DNA of 64,000 nt from Somniosus microcephalus (Eukaryota). The notes beneath the pieces were generated by a model that was given only the letters and a program-made list of their open reading frames with translations, was not told the origin of the DNA and searched no databases. The DNA lies in the NCBI GenBank assembly GCA_052327205.1, contig CM126214.1:102300001-102364000 (forward strand), given 5' to 3'. The first letter of the stretch is position 1; the number at the start of each line of letters is the position of its first letter. Below, piece after piece: positions 50,368 through 63,871 of this stretch. Made by a program: the position numbers and the translations under genes.

Positions 50368-53300
50368 GGGGATGGTAGCATAGTGGTTATGTTACTGGAC
50401 TAGTAATCCAGAGGCCTGGACTAATGATCAGGAGACGGGAGTTCAAATCCCACCACGGCAGCTGGGGAATTTAAATTCAGTAAATCTGGAATAAAAAGTA
50501 ATAGTGACCATGAAACTATCGGATTGTTGTAAAAACCCATCTTGTTCACAATGACACACCTAACCCAGTCGACCCTGCAACGTTGTCTTCACTAAAATCT
50601 GGGGACTTGTGCCAAAATTGGGAGAGCTGTCCCAGAGACAGTCAAGCAACATAGTCATACTCACAGAATCACACCTTTCAGCCAATGTCCCAGACTCCTC
50701 CATCACCATCCCTGGGTATGTCCTGTCCTACCGGCAGGACAGACCCACCAGAGGTGGTGGCACAGTGGTATACAGCCGGAAGGGAGTGGCCCTGCGAGTC
50801 CTCAACATTGATTCCGAACCCCATGAAGTCTCATGGCTTCAGGTCAAGCATGGGCAAGGAAACCTCCTGCTGATTACCACCGACCGCCCTCCCTCAGCTG
50901 ATGAATCAGTACTCCTCCATGTTGAACACCACTTAGAAGAAGCACTGAGGGTAGCAAGGGCACAGAATGTACTCTGGGTGGGGGAAATCAATGTCCATCA
51001 TCAAGAGTAGCTCAGTAGCACCACTACTAACCGAGCTGGCAGAATCCTGAAGGGCATAGCTACCAGACTGGGCCTACAACAGGTGGTGAGAGAACCAACA
51101 CGAGGGGAAAAACCTACTTGACCTCATCCTCACCAGCCTACCTGTCGCAGATGCATTTGTCCATGACAGCATTGTGACCACCGCACAGTCCTTGTGGAGA
51201 CGAAGTCCCGTCTTCATATTGAGGACACCCTCCATCGTGTTGTGTGGCACTACCACCATGCTAAATGGGATAGATTCAGAACAGATCTGGCAGCTCCAAA
51301 CTGGGCATTCATGAGGCGTTGTGGGCCATCAGCAGCAGCAGAATTGTATTCCACCACAATCTGTAATCTCACGGCCCGGCATATCCCCTCACTCTACCAT
51401 TACCATCAAGCCAGGGGACCAACCCTGGTTCAATGAGGAGTGCAGAAGATTATGCCAGGAGCAGCACCAGGTGTACCTAACAATGAGGTGCCAACCTGGG
51501 GAAGCTGCAACACAACTGCATGCATGCTAAACCGCAGAAGCAGCATGCTATAGACAGAGCTAAGCGATCCCACAATCAACAGATCTGATCAAAGTTCTGA
51601 CACACCCAGTCGCGAATGGTGGTGGATAATTAAAGAACTATCTGGAGGAGGAAGCTCCATCAATATTCCTATCCTCCATGATTGTGGAGCCCAGCACGCT
51701 GGAGCATTTGCAACCATCGTCAGCCAGAAGTGCCGAGTGGATGATCCATCTCGGCCTTCTCCTGAGATCCCCACCATCACTGAAGCCAGTCTTCAGCTAA
51801 TTCGATTCACTCCATGTGATATCAAGAAACAGCTGAGCACACTGGATACAGCAAAGGCTATGGGCCCCGACAGCATCCCGGCTGTCGTGCTGAAGAATTG
51901 TGCTCCAGAACTAGCCGCGCCTCTAGCCAAGATGTTCCAGTACAGCTACAACACTGGCATCTACCTAACAATGTGGAAAACTGCCCAGGTATGTCCTGTC
52001 CACAGAAAGCAGGACAAATCCAATCTGACCAATTACCGCCCCATCAGCCTACTCTCAATCATCAGCAAAGTGATGGAAGGTGTCGTCGACAGTGCTATCA
52101 AGCGGCACTTACTCCCCACTAATCTGCTCACTGATGCTCAGTTTGGGTTCCGGCGGGACCACTTGGCTCCAGACCTCATTACAGCCTTGGTCCAAACATG
52201 GACAAAAGAGCTGAATTCCAAAGGTAAGGTGAGGGTGACTGCCCTTGACATCAAGGCAACATTTGACCGAGTGTGGCATCAAGGAGCCCTAGAAACAGTG
52301 AAGTCAATGGGAATCGGGGAAAACTCTCCACTAGCTGGAGTCATACCTAGCACACAGGAAGATAGTTGTGGTTGTTGGTCAATCATTTTAGCCACAGGAC
52401 ATCACTGCAGGAGTTCCTCAGGGCAGTGTCCCAGGCCCAACCATCTTCAGCTGCTTCATCAATGACCTTCCCTCCATCATAAGGTCAGAAGGGATGTTTG
52501 CTGCTGATTGCACAGTGTTCAGTTCCATTCGCAATTCCTCAGAAAATGAAGCAGTCCATGCCCGCATGCAGCAAGACCTGGACGACATTCAGGCTTGGGC
52601 TGATGAATGGCAAGTAACATTCGTGCCACACAAGTGCCAGGCAATGACTATCTCTAACAAAGAGAGTCTAACCACCTTCCCTTGACATTCAACGGCATCA
52701 GCATCACCGAATCCCCCACCATCAACATCCTGGGGGGTCACCATTGACCAGAAACTTAACTGGACGAGCCACATAAATACTGTGGCAACAAGAGTGGGTC
52801 AGAGCCTGGGTATTCTGCAGCGAGTGTCTCACCTCCTGACTCCCCAAAGCCTTTCCACCATCTACAAGGCACAAGTCAGGAGTGTGATGGAATACTCTCC
52901 ACTTGCCTGGATGAGTGCAGCTCCAACAACACTCAAGCTCGGCACCATCCAGGACAAAGCAGCCTGCTTGATTGGCACCCCATCCACCACCTTCAACAGT
53001 CACTCCCTCCACCACCGGCGTACCGTGGCTGCAGTGTGTACCATCTACAAGATGCACTGCAGCAACTCTCCACGGCTTCTTCAGCAGCACCTCCCAAACC
53101 CGCGACCTCTACCCCCTAGAAGGACAAGGGCAGCAGGTGCATGGGAGCACCGTCACCTGCAAGTTCCCCTCCAAGTTACACACCATCCTGACTTGTAAAT
53201 ATATTGCCGTTCCTTCATCACTAGGTCAAAATCCGGGAGCTCCCTCCCTAACAGCACTGTGGGAGTACCTTCACCACACGGACTGCAGTGGTTCAAGAAG

Positions 53301-53397
53301 GCGGCTCACCACCACCTTCTCGAGGGCAATTAGGGATGAGCAATAAATGCTGGCCTTGCCAGCGACATCCACAACCCGTAACGAATTTTTAAAAAAA
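50368..53397 (+). mobile_element. Long CR1/Zenon-like LINE with a tRNA-derived 5' head (decayed EN + RT)
   Basis: Pol III A box 50376-50386 and B box 50438-50451. EN motif ILTESHL; RT motifs NYRPISLLS, DIKATFDRVWH and IYKAQVRSVMEY; A-rich tail. Confidence 0.8.
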
Positions 53398-54254
53398 CAT
53401 CAGATAATTTTTGTTTTCGTCCAAAGTAATCACCTGTTGTGTATTCGAAAAATAACTTTTGATAAAAATATGTATTGTCCTATTTTTTTGTTTTTATCTC
53501 GAGACATCATTCATGACCAGGAACTTCCTGCATCTTGAGCATAATGGGCAGTAACTTCGGTTCAATCTGGGAGTAGATCTGGAGTCTCTTGGACACAGAA
53601 AAACATGACACTACATGAGTATACAATGTACCTAACTCGGGCAGCCTGAAGTCAAGGCCCCCATTGCAATCGATGAAGTTGCTTCAGGGCACATGGTGTT
53701 TCTTTCCCTCAGTGAATACTCTGGAAGTGCACATGATGAGTCTCTTTTGAAGTTAAATTTATTTAAAGAATGCAAGCTACTTTTATTAATATATATTGTT
53801 GAATACAAATATGAACTACTTGTTAAAAGTTTTTCATGTAAATCTGTGGTGAACTTGCTTTATCCTAAATCGGTTTTGACTCCATGAAATATTACTTCTT
53901 CCATCGCAGATTTCTCCATAATTTCTTCACTGGCATGTGCAGCCCTTTGCTGTATTGCCCAAGTGGCTGATGGTTTGTGAGCCCAGTCAGTGAGTGTCAG
54001 CAGAAGGTACAGGTATTTTCACTGACCCCTCTGACAGCACCTCCTATAGTGCAGTGCCTCCTCAACACGGGACTGAATTAAATAGCAAAGCCTGAAAAAC
54101 AAGTACTGTAGTGAGATGAATGACCAGCTAATAACGTTTTGTTGGTGTTTGAAGGAGGAATGTTTGCTTGGATACTTGGAGAAGTCCATACCTCTCTTTG
54201 AATAGTGTAATGAGATCTTTAATGTCCACTTGAATAGGCAAATGGAGCCTCAAG

Positions 54255-54850
54255 AAGTAGGCTGATATTGGAGGATTGGAGCGTACTTACAAGGACATGG
54301 GGCTGGAGGAGATCATGGAAGTAGGGAAGAGCGAGGCCTTGGAAGACTTTGAAAGTGAAGATGAAAATCTTAGTTGATCCTGTTGGACACAAAGGCAGTG
54401 GCGGTTGACAAGAACACAGGCTGTGGCATTCTGCATGACTTGTGTTTTTTTTTAGTGGTGGATTGTGGAGGAGCTTTGGAGAAGTTCAGCCATGGATTAG
54501 AGTTCTGGCAGTAGAGTGGAACGCTAAGGGCAGAGGCAGGCAATGTCGCGAAAGTGAACAAAAGCATTTTTGGTAAATGATCAAATGTAGGGAAGGAAGC
54601 TGAGCTTGGGGTTGAGCCGTACACCAAAGTTTTGAGCTTATGGGCTTTGGTATCTGTGGAAGTCAATAATATTGCTTTGATTTTGCCATAGTGACGATAA
54701 CTATGGGATCAATAGAGGGAATGGTGAGTTACAGATGCATATGATCAGTATACATGTGAAAGCTGATACCTGTGTTCTGGGATAATATTGCCAAGTAAAT
54801 GAGGAGGAAGGGGTCCAAGATGGAATCTGCGATGAATGTGGTCATGGAAG
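54255..54850 (-). mobile_element. Decayed L2 fragment
   Basis: Similar to 17455-18200. Confidence 0.5.
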
Positions 54851-55429
54851 GAGAAACGATTAGGTGCATTATTTGCTACAATATTTTCATCATCTTCCTT
54901 ATGACACGGCACTGGAATTTTACAAAGTGGCACGATCTCTGAAAGTCTAAAGAGTCATTGATGTCATGTGGTCGTAAATGCTCCGTTTCTCAGCGCCACT
55001 ACCTATGCCAATAGGAAAGGATTCCACTCTTAGTGTGTGGCTGGCCTGCAACAGCCATAGTAATGGTGGTGCCTGCCCCTTTAAGCTGCTGTAGGCCTTT
55101 AAATCCTGCAGCAGCATGCTTTTCCCCTTCCAATCAGAGGCTGTTCTGATACATGGAGCTCGGCCGCAAATTCCAGAGGCCGACAATGAAAATTGCAGCA
55201 GGGTCAGCACAAACAGCGAGCGGGTGTGAATCGCACCCAACAAGAATATCCAGCCCCAATTGATCTCTACTACACACAAGTCTTTGTATTTCCCTTCTAA
55301 TTCAATTTTTAATCATTTAAGGTTCATTTTGCCTTCTAACAGGAAACTTCCAAGCTGCAATCCATCATCCTGACTACCAACTGTTTATAAAAATGCAAAA
55401 GGTCAGATTTGATTATTTCTAAGAAATGA

Positions 55430-55530
55430 ATGAAATAAAACAGAAAATTATAGAAATACACAGTAGGTCCATCAGCATCTCTGAAGATGAAAGACAGGCT
55501 AAATTCTTGTATGTAGACCCTTCGCCAGAA
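55430..55530 (-). mobile_element. Degraded Penelope pseudo-LTR
   Basis: Reverse-complement similarity to 59600-59705. Confidence 0.45.
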
Positions 55531-55551
55531 AAGAAACGTAGAGAATTACAA

Positions 55552-56825
55552 AAGGTAAATCATGCTTGACTAATCTACTGGAATTTTTTTGAGGCTGTAA
55601 CTGGTAGAATAGATAAGGGAGAACCAGTGGATGTGGTGTATTTGGACTTTCAGAAGGTTTTCGATAAGGTCCTGCATAAGAGACTAGCGTGCAAAGTTAA
55701 AGCACATGGGATTGGGGGTAAGGTACTGACTTGGATAGAAAACTGGTTGGCAGACAGGAAGCAAAGAGTTGGAATAAACGGATCTTTTTCCGAGTGGAAG
55801 GCAGTGACTAGTGGGGTACCGCAGGGATCGGTGCTAGGACCCCAGTTATTCACAATATATATTAATGATCTGGACGAGGGAACTAGATGTAATATCTCCA
55901 AATTTGCAGATGACACAAAGCTGGGTGGGCGTGTGTGCTGTGAGGAGGATGCAGAGAAACTCCAGTATGATTTGGAGAGGTTGGGCAATTGGGCAGATGC
56001 ATGACAGATGCAGTATAATGTGGATAAATGCGAGGTTATCCACTTTGGTGGCAAAAACAGGAAGGCAGATTATTATCTGAACGGCAATAGATTGGGAAAA
56101 GGGGAAGTGCAACGAGACCTGGGTGTCCTTGTGCACCAGTCGCTGAAGGTAAGCATGCAGGTGCAGCAGGCGGTTAAGAAGGCAAATGGTATGTTGGCCT
56201 TCATAGCGAGAGAGGATTCGAGTACAGGAGCAAGGATGTCTTGCTGCAGTTGTACAGGGCCTTGGTGAGACCACACCTTGAGTATTGTGTGCAGTTTTGG
56301 TCGCCCTATCTGAGGAAGGATGTTCTTGCCATGGAGGGAGTGCAGCGAAGATTCACCAGACTGATACCTGGGATGGCAGGAATGACATATGAAGAGAGAT
56401 TGGGTCGATTAGGCTTATATTCGCTCGAGGAAGAATGAGAGGGGATCTCATTGAAACCTATAAAATTCTAATAGGACTAAACAGACTAGATGCAGGAAGG
56501 CTGTTCCCGATGGCGGGGGAGTCCAGAACCAGGGGTCACAGTCTAAGGAAGGGGTAAGCCATTTAGGACTGAGATGAGGAGGAATTTCTTCACCTAGAGA
56601 GTGGTGAACCTGTGGAATTCTCTACCACAGAAGGCAGTTGAGGCCAATTCATTAAATATATTCAAGAAGGAGTTAGATATATTTCTTAAGGCTAAAGGGA
56701 TCAAGGGATGTGGGGAGAAAGCAGGGACAAGGTACTGAATTTGGATGATCAGCCATGATCTCATTAAATGGCAGAGCAGGCTCGACGGGCCGAATGGCCT
56801 ACTCCTATCTTCTATATTTCTATGA
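55552..56825 (+). mobile_element. CR1 LINE, 5'-truncated
   Basis: RT ORFs 55627-56438. Confidence 0.9.
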
Positions 56826-57153
56826 ATTGTTTAAAGTCCTTTTATGTTTTCCAAATGGCAGTAAGCAATTCTAGAACAAAACTAACCCTTAATTTACCAG
56901 TAAGTTTTCTGAAATTTAACTGGACCCCCTTCAAAAGTTTGCATTCTATTCCTTGCCCAAGAGACTGAATCCCCAAGATCTCCCTCAATACTTTTAATGG
57001 ACTTAAACTCAGCCATACTGAAGTGCACTTGCTCGCCCTGCTCCCAGCATTGGAAAATAAAATTATCTCTATGTCCATATCACCAGTGGCAGATTTTTTC
57101 CATGCTTGTATTAGAGAAAGGGTCTTGCTGCTCTGTAGGTAAAAGGTCCATCA

Positions 57154-58711
57154 ACCATCTTCAAGAAAGGTGACAAGTCCGATTGTGGTAATTACAGAGG
57201 AGTTTCCCTGCTGTCTGCCACAGGGAAATTCATCGCAAGAATCCTCCTCAATCGCCTTCTCCCAGTGGCCGAAGAGCTCCTCCCAGAGTCACAATGCGGA
57301 TTCCGCCCACTAATAGGCACAATGGACATGATCTTCACCGCAGGTCAATTACAAGAGAAATGCAGGGAACAGCACCAACCGCTGTACATGACCTTCTTTG
57401 ATCTCACAAAGGCCTTCGACACTGTCAACTGTGAGGGATTATGGAGTGTCCTCCTCAAATTCGGCTGCCCTCAAAAGTTTGTCACCATCCTCTGCCTGCT
57501 TCACAACGACATGCAAGTCGTGATCCTGACCAACAGTTCCACCACAGACCCAATTCACATACGAACCGGGGTCAAGCAAGGCTGTGTCATCGCACCAACG
57601 CTAATTTACAGAACAAACGGGAAACTGTTCAACCTCCGTCGCCTCCAGTCCAGATCCAAGGTCGTCCCATCCTCTCGTCAAATTACAGAATGCAGACGAC
57701 GCTTGCGTCTGCGCTCACTCGGAGGTCGAACTCCAAACCATCGTCAACACCTTCACCGAAGTGTACAAGAGCATGGGCCTTACACTAAACATCCGTAAGG
57801 CGAAGGTCTTCTACCAACCTGCCCCTGCCACACAGTACTGTCCCCCGATTATCAAAATTCACGACAAGGCCTTGGACAACGTGGACCGCTTTCCATACCT
57901 CGGGAGCCTCCTGTCAACAAGGGCAGACGTCAACGACGAAGTCCAACACCGCCTTCAATGTGCCAGTGCAGCCTTCGGTCGCCTGAGGAAGAGTGTTTGA
58001 AGACCAGGACCTCAAACCCGGCACTAAGCTCATGGTCTACAGAGCAGCAGTGATTCCCGCCCTGCTGTATGCCTCAGAGACATGAACCATGTACAGCAGG
58101 CACTTCAAAGCACTAGAGAGGTACCACCAATGCTGCCTCCGCAAGATACTGCAAATCCATTGGCAGGATAGGCGCACCAACGTCCGTGTTCTTGCTCAGG
58201 CCAACACCCCCAGCATCGAAGCTTTGACCACGCTCGATCAGCTCCGATGGACGGGTCACATTGTCCGCATGCCCGATACGAGACTCCCAAAACAAGCGCT
58301 CTACTCGGAGCTCCGGCTCGGCAAGAGAGCCCCAGGTGGGCAGAGGAAACACTTCAAGGACACCCTCAAAGCCTCCTTGAAAAAATGTAACATCCCCCTT
58401 GAAAAAGTGTAACATCCCCAACGGCACCTGGGAATCGCTGGCCCAAGACCACACAAAGTGGAGGAGAAGCATCTGGGAAGGTGCCGAACATCTCGAGAAT
58501 CTTCGCCAGGAGCAAGCGGAAACCAAGCGCAGGCAGCACAAGGAGCGCACGTCAACCCAAGCACCCCACCCACCCGCCCCTTCAACCACCGTCTGCCCCA
58601 CCTGTGACAGAGACTGTAGGTCCCGCATTGAACTCATCAGTCACCTGAGAACTCATTTTTAATGTGGAAGCAAGTCATCCTCGGTTCCGAGGGACTGCCT
58701 AAGAAGAAGGT
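57154..58711 (+). mobile_element. 5'-truncated RTE (BovB-like) LINE
   Basis: GNYRGVSLLS, LPESQCGFRP, DLTKAFDTV, GVKQGCV and C-terminal CPTC..C...H..TH. (AAG)n tail; 16-bp TSD GGTAAAAGGTCCATCA. Confidence 0.9.
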
Positions 58712-59002
58712 GGTAAAAGGTCCATCATAATTCTCAGACAGGAAGGTGTGTGGTCATGGTTTTGCATGAAACAGTTAGTAGGCCATCTGAGCAATGGCGT
58801 TTCATTCATACGATGAACTGAAAGTAAAATCATCAGCAGATCTGGACAACCCCCGATTCTGCATCAGCCCTCAAATTCAATGGAAAATTTGTGTTTTGGA
58901 TGTGGTACTTGGGGCAGAACATGAATTGATGCAGGACAAAAGCTGTATTACTACCTTTCACAGACTGCAGTGTTTCTGTTACAAAAAGTAGCAACTAAGT
59001 GA

Positions 59003-59428
59003 GGACATCGTTGTGTCAGCTGTAGCACACTCGCCTCTGAGTCAGAAGGTTGTGGGTTCAAGCCCCACAAAGAGACTTGAGCACAAAAATCTAGGCTGAC
59101 ACTCCAGTGCAGTACTGAGGGAGTGCCGTTTTTCGGATGAGACATTAAATCAAGGCCCTATCTGCTCTCTCAGGTGGACGTAAAAGATCCCATTGCACTA
59201 TTTTGGAGAAGAGCAGGGCCAATATTTACCCCTCAATCAACATCACTAAAAAACATTATCTGATCATTATCACATTGCTGTTTGAGGGAGCTTGCCGTGC
59301 ACAAATTAGCTGCTGCGTTTCACTACCTTACAACAGTGACTACACTTCAAAAGTACATCATTGGCTGTAAAGCGCTTTGGGACGTCCTGAGGTCATGAAA
59401 GGCGCTATAGAAATGCAAGTCTTTCTTT
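59003..59428 (+). mobile_element. SacSINE1-like DeuSINE, near full length
   Basis: tRNA-like head (GGTTCAAGCCCC B box), Deu-like core and L2-type tail aaatgcaagtctttcttt. Confidence 0.8.
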
Positions 59429-59569
59429 ACAATTTCAGTTAATAATCCCTGCCCCCATTTTTCATGCTGTATGATTTTGCCATTCCCATTTGCAACATTT
59501 TCACAGTATGTTCTTTCAATTTCTTCCCCCCATCCTACCCCCCCCCCCCCCCCCACTGTCTCTGCGCCT

Positions 59570-59705
59570 GCTTAATATCTGTTACATTTCCAGCTTTTTC
59601 CAGTTCTGATGAAGGGTCCCAGACCTGAAACATTAACTCTGTTTCTCTCTCCACGGATGCTACCTGGCCTGCTGAGTATTTCCAGCATTTTCTGTTGTTA
59701 TTTCT
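59570..59705 (+). mobile_element. Penelope pseudo-LTR fragment with hammerhead motif (59602-59639)
   Basis: gttCTGATGAAGGGTC-cca-GACCTGAAAcattaac, followed by the same tail as 8196-8319. Confidence 0.7.
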
Positions 59706-60014
59706 TTATAATTTGTAAGTTTATGTGGGAAGGAGCCTGTTTAATAACCACATCAGAAGCTGAACATAATACCAAAATCACAAACTGACACAGTGAAAAT
59801 AAACTTTTTAAACTTGGCTCAGCACAGGCAGCAATGTGAAGCTCATTGGGATTGACACTCCTCCTCCCTCAAATCTTAACTAAATGCAGTTCAAGTAACT
59901 TTATTTCATAATTATACCTACACAGCCTTTGTCAATGTGAAGCTGAAGCTGCATCATTTCCAATGGATGAAAGCCATAGAACAACTGGCCAGTAAAATTA
60001 GTTACAAACATACT

Positions 60015-60744
60015 GGCCCATATTTTCCGACCCCCACAGGTGAGTACAAGGTGTGTATACACCCGTAGAGGCCTCACAAGTGCCGGTTTCAGGTGTGCGA
60101 AGCGCATGTGCTGAAAACCAAGAATCCTTTTGACAGATCACCCGCCTACCCGGGAGATGGGCCTCTCCGGGCAGAGAGTTCTGCTTTCTTCACAACCTCC
60201 GCCCGCTGAAAACTTTTAAAAATCTTACGCCTGGTAAAAGCAGGCGTAAGGCCTGCTTTTACCAGCAAAAGAGTTTAAAAAAGTTTTTAAAAAAAATTTC
60301 ACTCATTTATAATTTTAAAATACTTTTTAAAAAAAGGTAAGTTTATTTTTAGCCCCGTAAAAAGCTTTAATTATTTTCTTCAAAAAATTAAATTTTTGTT
60401 TAAAATATTTAATTTAATGTAATTTTAAATACGTGATTTAAATAAAACTATTTAATGTTTTAGTGTGTTTTTTGAGTGATCCCCATTCATACTTTTGATG
60501 GGTCTACACTGAGAGACCTGTCAAAAGTGTGAGGGGGGATTCCCTTTGGTTCCCCATGGCCCACGTGATCCCAGGGACGCTTGCGAACCGCCTGCGCCCC
60601 TGGGATACCTGGGCCTCTGCGCGCGCACCAGGAGAGGCCAGGATCGGAAGTCTCGGGACCGACAGAGCCAGCAGGTAAGTTCGGAGATTTTTCCAGATCG
60701 GAGGCATCCGCACACATGAAGCCTCGAATCGGAAAATCCGGCCC
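60015..60744. mobile_element. PIF/Harbinger-like MITE, second subfamily
   Basis: TSD ACT/ACT; imperfect TIR GGCCCATATTTTCCGA / TCGGAAAATCCGGCCC. Confidence 0.75.
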
Positions 60745-60899
60745 ACTGTAATGGAAGCAGAGCTCAGGCATGTGTTGGACAATAAAATCTCCATTGTATC
60801 TTTTTCATGTAAAGCTTTAGATAGATCGAATATTGTGAATTTGAAAAAGAGACTTCAGTTTATAGTTATTTTGTCTGCTCTGACCAACCTCCCACTGCA

Positions 60900-61575
60900 C
60901 CCTCTAAAGGCACCTCACCTCAGACACCAAATGTGAGGAGCCTGTGGACTTTTTTGAGTCCGAGAATAGAGGGCATGCACTCTATTGCCTCTGCCTCCTC
61001 TGATCCCTCCCCCTCCCAACTGTCCCCTTTTTGGGTCTCTCTACCCTTATTGTATTCCATATTTTTTCCTTCATGTCTCCCCACTAACCTTATCTTGTAT
61101 ATGAAGCCCACCACTTGCTCCCTTGACCTATCTGAGCTTCTGACCACCAAGTTCCCCATCTCAGTTCCTGGTTACCCCAAGATCATGAATCTGTCCCTAT
61201 CATCTTACTTGGTCCCTACATCCTTCAAAACCACTGTCATTACCGCCCTTCTGAAAAAGCTTACTCTCAGCTGCTGCATTTTCGCAAACTAATGCCCAAT
61301 AGCCCACCTTTCCTTTCTCTAACGTCCTGGAGTGTGGTGTTGCCTCACAATTGCACACCCACCCTTCCTGTTTGAAGCTCTCCAATCAAGCTTCTGCCTC
61401 ATCCACAGCACTAAGACCTCACTGGTCAAAGTCAGCATCATCATCCTACATGACTGAGACCCCAACTAGCTGTCCTCCTTCACCTCTCTGTTGCTTTGAC
61501 ACTGTGGACTACTCCAACCTTTACAAACACTCTCCCTAACACCTCCACGGCACATCTATCTCCTGGTTCCACTAC
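60900..61575 (+). mobile_element. Decayed L2 RT fragment
   Basis: MKPTTCSLD, N.SLSS..VP.SFK...IT.LLKK and FDTVD. Confidence 0.6.
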
Positions 61576-61807
61576 TGAGTAGCTGGCTAAGATTGAGCTG
61601 CATATGTTCGCAGAGCAAGATTCAGTGGCATCCTACAGATCCTCATATAGTTACAAGGGGACACAATTCAATCACTATTAAAAACTGGAGATGCCCAGTT
61701 GCTTGGACTGGTTGCCATCAATGGTAGTAAGGAAACTGATTAAACCATAGACAGGCTGTCCCTTGAGCTTCATGGCACAGGCACAACTTACTGCTTTTAA
61801 CCAAGTA

Positions 61808-62121
61808 CAGGTAGACTACCCTTTATCCGGACTTCCGAAAACCGAAACCCTGTAAAAACCGAAGGTTTTTTCGTTCAGCGTAAGTCGTGCGCACGACCCC
61901 CCCGCCGGCCCCGACCCCCGCCGACCCCGACCGACTTACGCTGAGCGTCCGCGTAAGTCGTGCGCACGACCCCCCCGCCGACCCCCCCCCCCCCCCCGCC
62001 GGCCCCGACAACCGCCGACCCCCGCCTGGACCCCCGCCGACCCACCTTCCGAAATCCAAAATTCTCCGAAAACCGAAACTCGGCTGGTCCCGAGGTTTTC
62101 GGATAAAGGATAGTCTACCTG
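61808..62121. mobile_element. Same MITE family, short copy
   Basis: TA TSDs and the same TIRs and subterminal sequence; two palindrome units. Confidence 0.85.
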
Positions 62122-63288
62122 TACATGCAAAGTGATGCCTCAGATATGTGTCTGGCCTGCGGCTGGAAATCCCATGGATTTGCTTGAAGTTGCAAGCTCT
62201 GTCTGACATATCTGTAAGGCTAAACTAGGTAGTTTTGGTGCACTGGCCACTGAACAGTGCTGTATGCATGTGGGGCTGAACATTGCTCAGCTTCAAAGCA
62301 ATGAAAGCAAGCATAAGTTGTGCTAATCCTGCTTAAAATAAATTTTGCGTGACTGCAGGGGGTACAAAGCTCTGAAAAAGCACTTGTCTGACTATTTCCT
62401 GAGAGGTTAGCGTTTCCTCTCTGGCTGTCAGTGGTCCTAAATCAAACCCATTTACAGTTTCAAGCAAGTTCATAATTAATCCTTCATAATGACCACCCCC
62501 ACTCCCCCTTTATCCCAAGAATGCTGCCATCAAATTTGGCAATCACAGCCCATGTAGCATGGGAAAGGGCAGCTGGAACTGGAATTGAACAATGTGTGGA
62601 ACCCATGACCATGTTGTATGAAAGTTCATTCTCTGTGTGCTGCCTGCCTTGAAAGGTTGCAACCTTAGCTTTAGAAACTTGCCACATGTTCAAGCCAGTA
62701 ACTTTGAATGTACTTGTTCAGCTTTGTGTGAAATGTTTTGTTAAACCTCTCAATTTTTAAAAAGTTTTTCTTTGCCCCTCCAATTTTTTTTCTCCCATCC
62801 TCACCTGAAGACATTGATTCTTGCTGGGATGCGGTTTCCTGTGCGCTCAGTGCTCTTCCAGTCCATGGGCCAAGTGGTGTGAGCTACACTGCGAGCGGTG
62901 ATAAAACATAAGATTTTAGGGGCTGTACAGGCAAGCTTCATCCTGTCCTCGCCTGTTGTCGACGTTACTGCAGGGGAGCATAAGGATCAGGAAATCCTGC
63001 ATATTTTCCCTCTCCCCTCTCGCAACCTAAGGATGTTGAGACTGATTGTAATGCCTGTACTGGGATCAGCTAACTCGGCACCTACTGGGGATGACTGTGA
63101 TCTGTATGGTTCAGTTCTGCAGTGTAGTTTGAATTGATGAACGCAGCAGGTGGAAGAGCAGAACCTCACCGTTTTCATTGCCTGTGTAGTGTCATGTTGG
63201 CTTCAGGTCTTTGAGTTGTGAACTGCACTATATCACGTTGCTGCATATTATTTGCATGTTATGTATAACCACTTGTTTTTTTTTTCAG

Positions 63289-63343
63289 AAAGCAAAGAAA
63301 TCCAAAGCAACTGAGGCCGTTTCAAAGCCTGCACTTACCAAAG
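63289..63343 (+). CDS. RTF2: RTF2 internal exon, equivalent to human exon 7: KAKKSKATEAVSKPALTK
   Basis: Poly-T tract plus cAG acceptor (63287-88), G|GTact donor, 55 bp. Resembles human RTF2 KTKKPKAAESVSKPDVSE (from memory). Confidence 0.75.
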
Positions 63344-63871
63344 GTACTGTATACAATTTGCCACTGAAGTACACTCCATGGGTCAAAGAGCATGAAATGA
63401 ATAATTTCACATATTTTAAACTTCCCAGATGTTCCACAGATGCAGATCGTTTTTGTAAAATAAACCACAAAGCCGCTTACAACAAGCACAGTGCTCGTAC
63501 AGTTTTCCATAAAGCATCATTGCCAGATGTATGAGGTTTAATGGGCTATATTTTGGGAAGTTCCAGTCTCAGCTAGGAGGCTTGCTCAATGCAACCTGGC
63601 TAATGCATTGGTGGAAAAGGTATGGGGGATTAGTGCATGGAAAGCCCTAAACATTAATTAATTAAGTGTGATATATATGGGTTATGTGGCTTACATTTAC
63701 TATAAGGCATAGCTGCAACTTCCTTTTCAAAACTCGGGGTGGTGGGAAGGGGGAGTGGGTGGCATTCACAAATCACAAGCTCCTGATCTAATTGTTGTGC
63801 GTTAATTCAAAACTCTGGAACTAATTTTTCTGCACTCTTTTATGCTACTTCACGCAACGTCACTTCACTAT

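Noticed and set aside
50376-50455. tRNA gene
   Set aside because: A/B boxes are present but there is no clean cloverleaf; it is a retroposon head.
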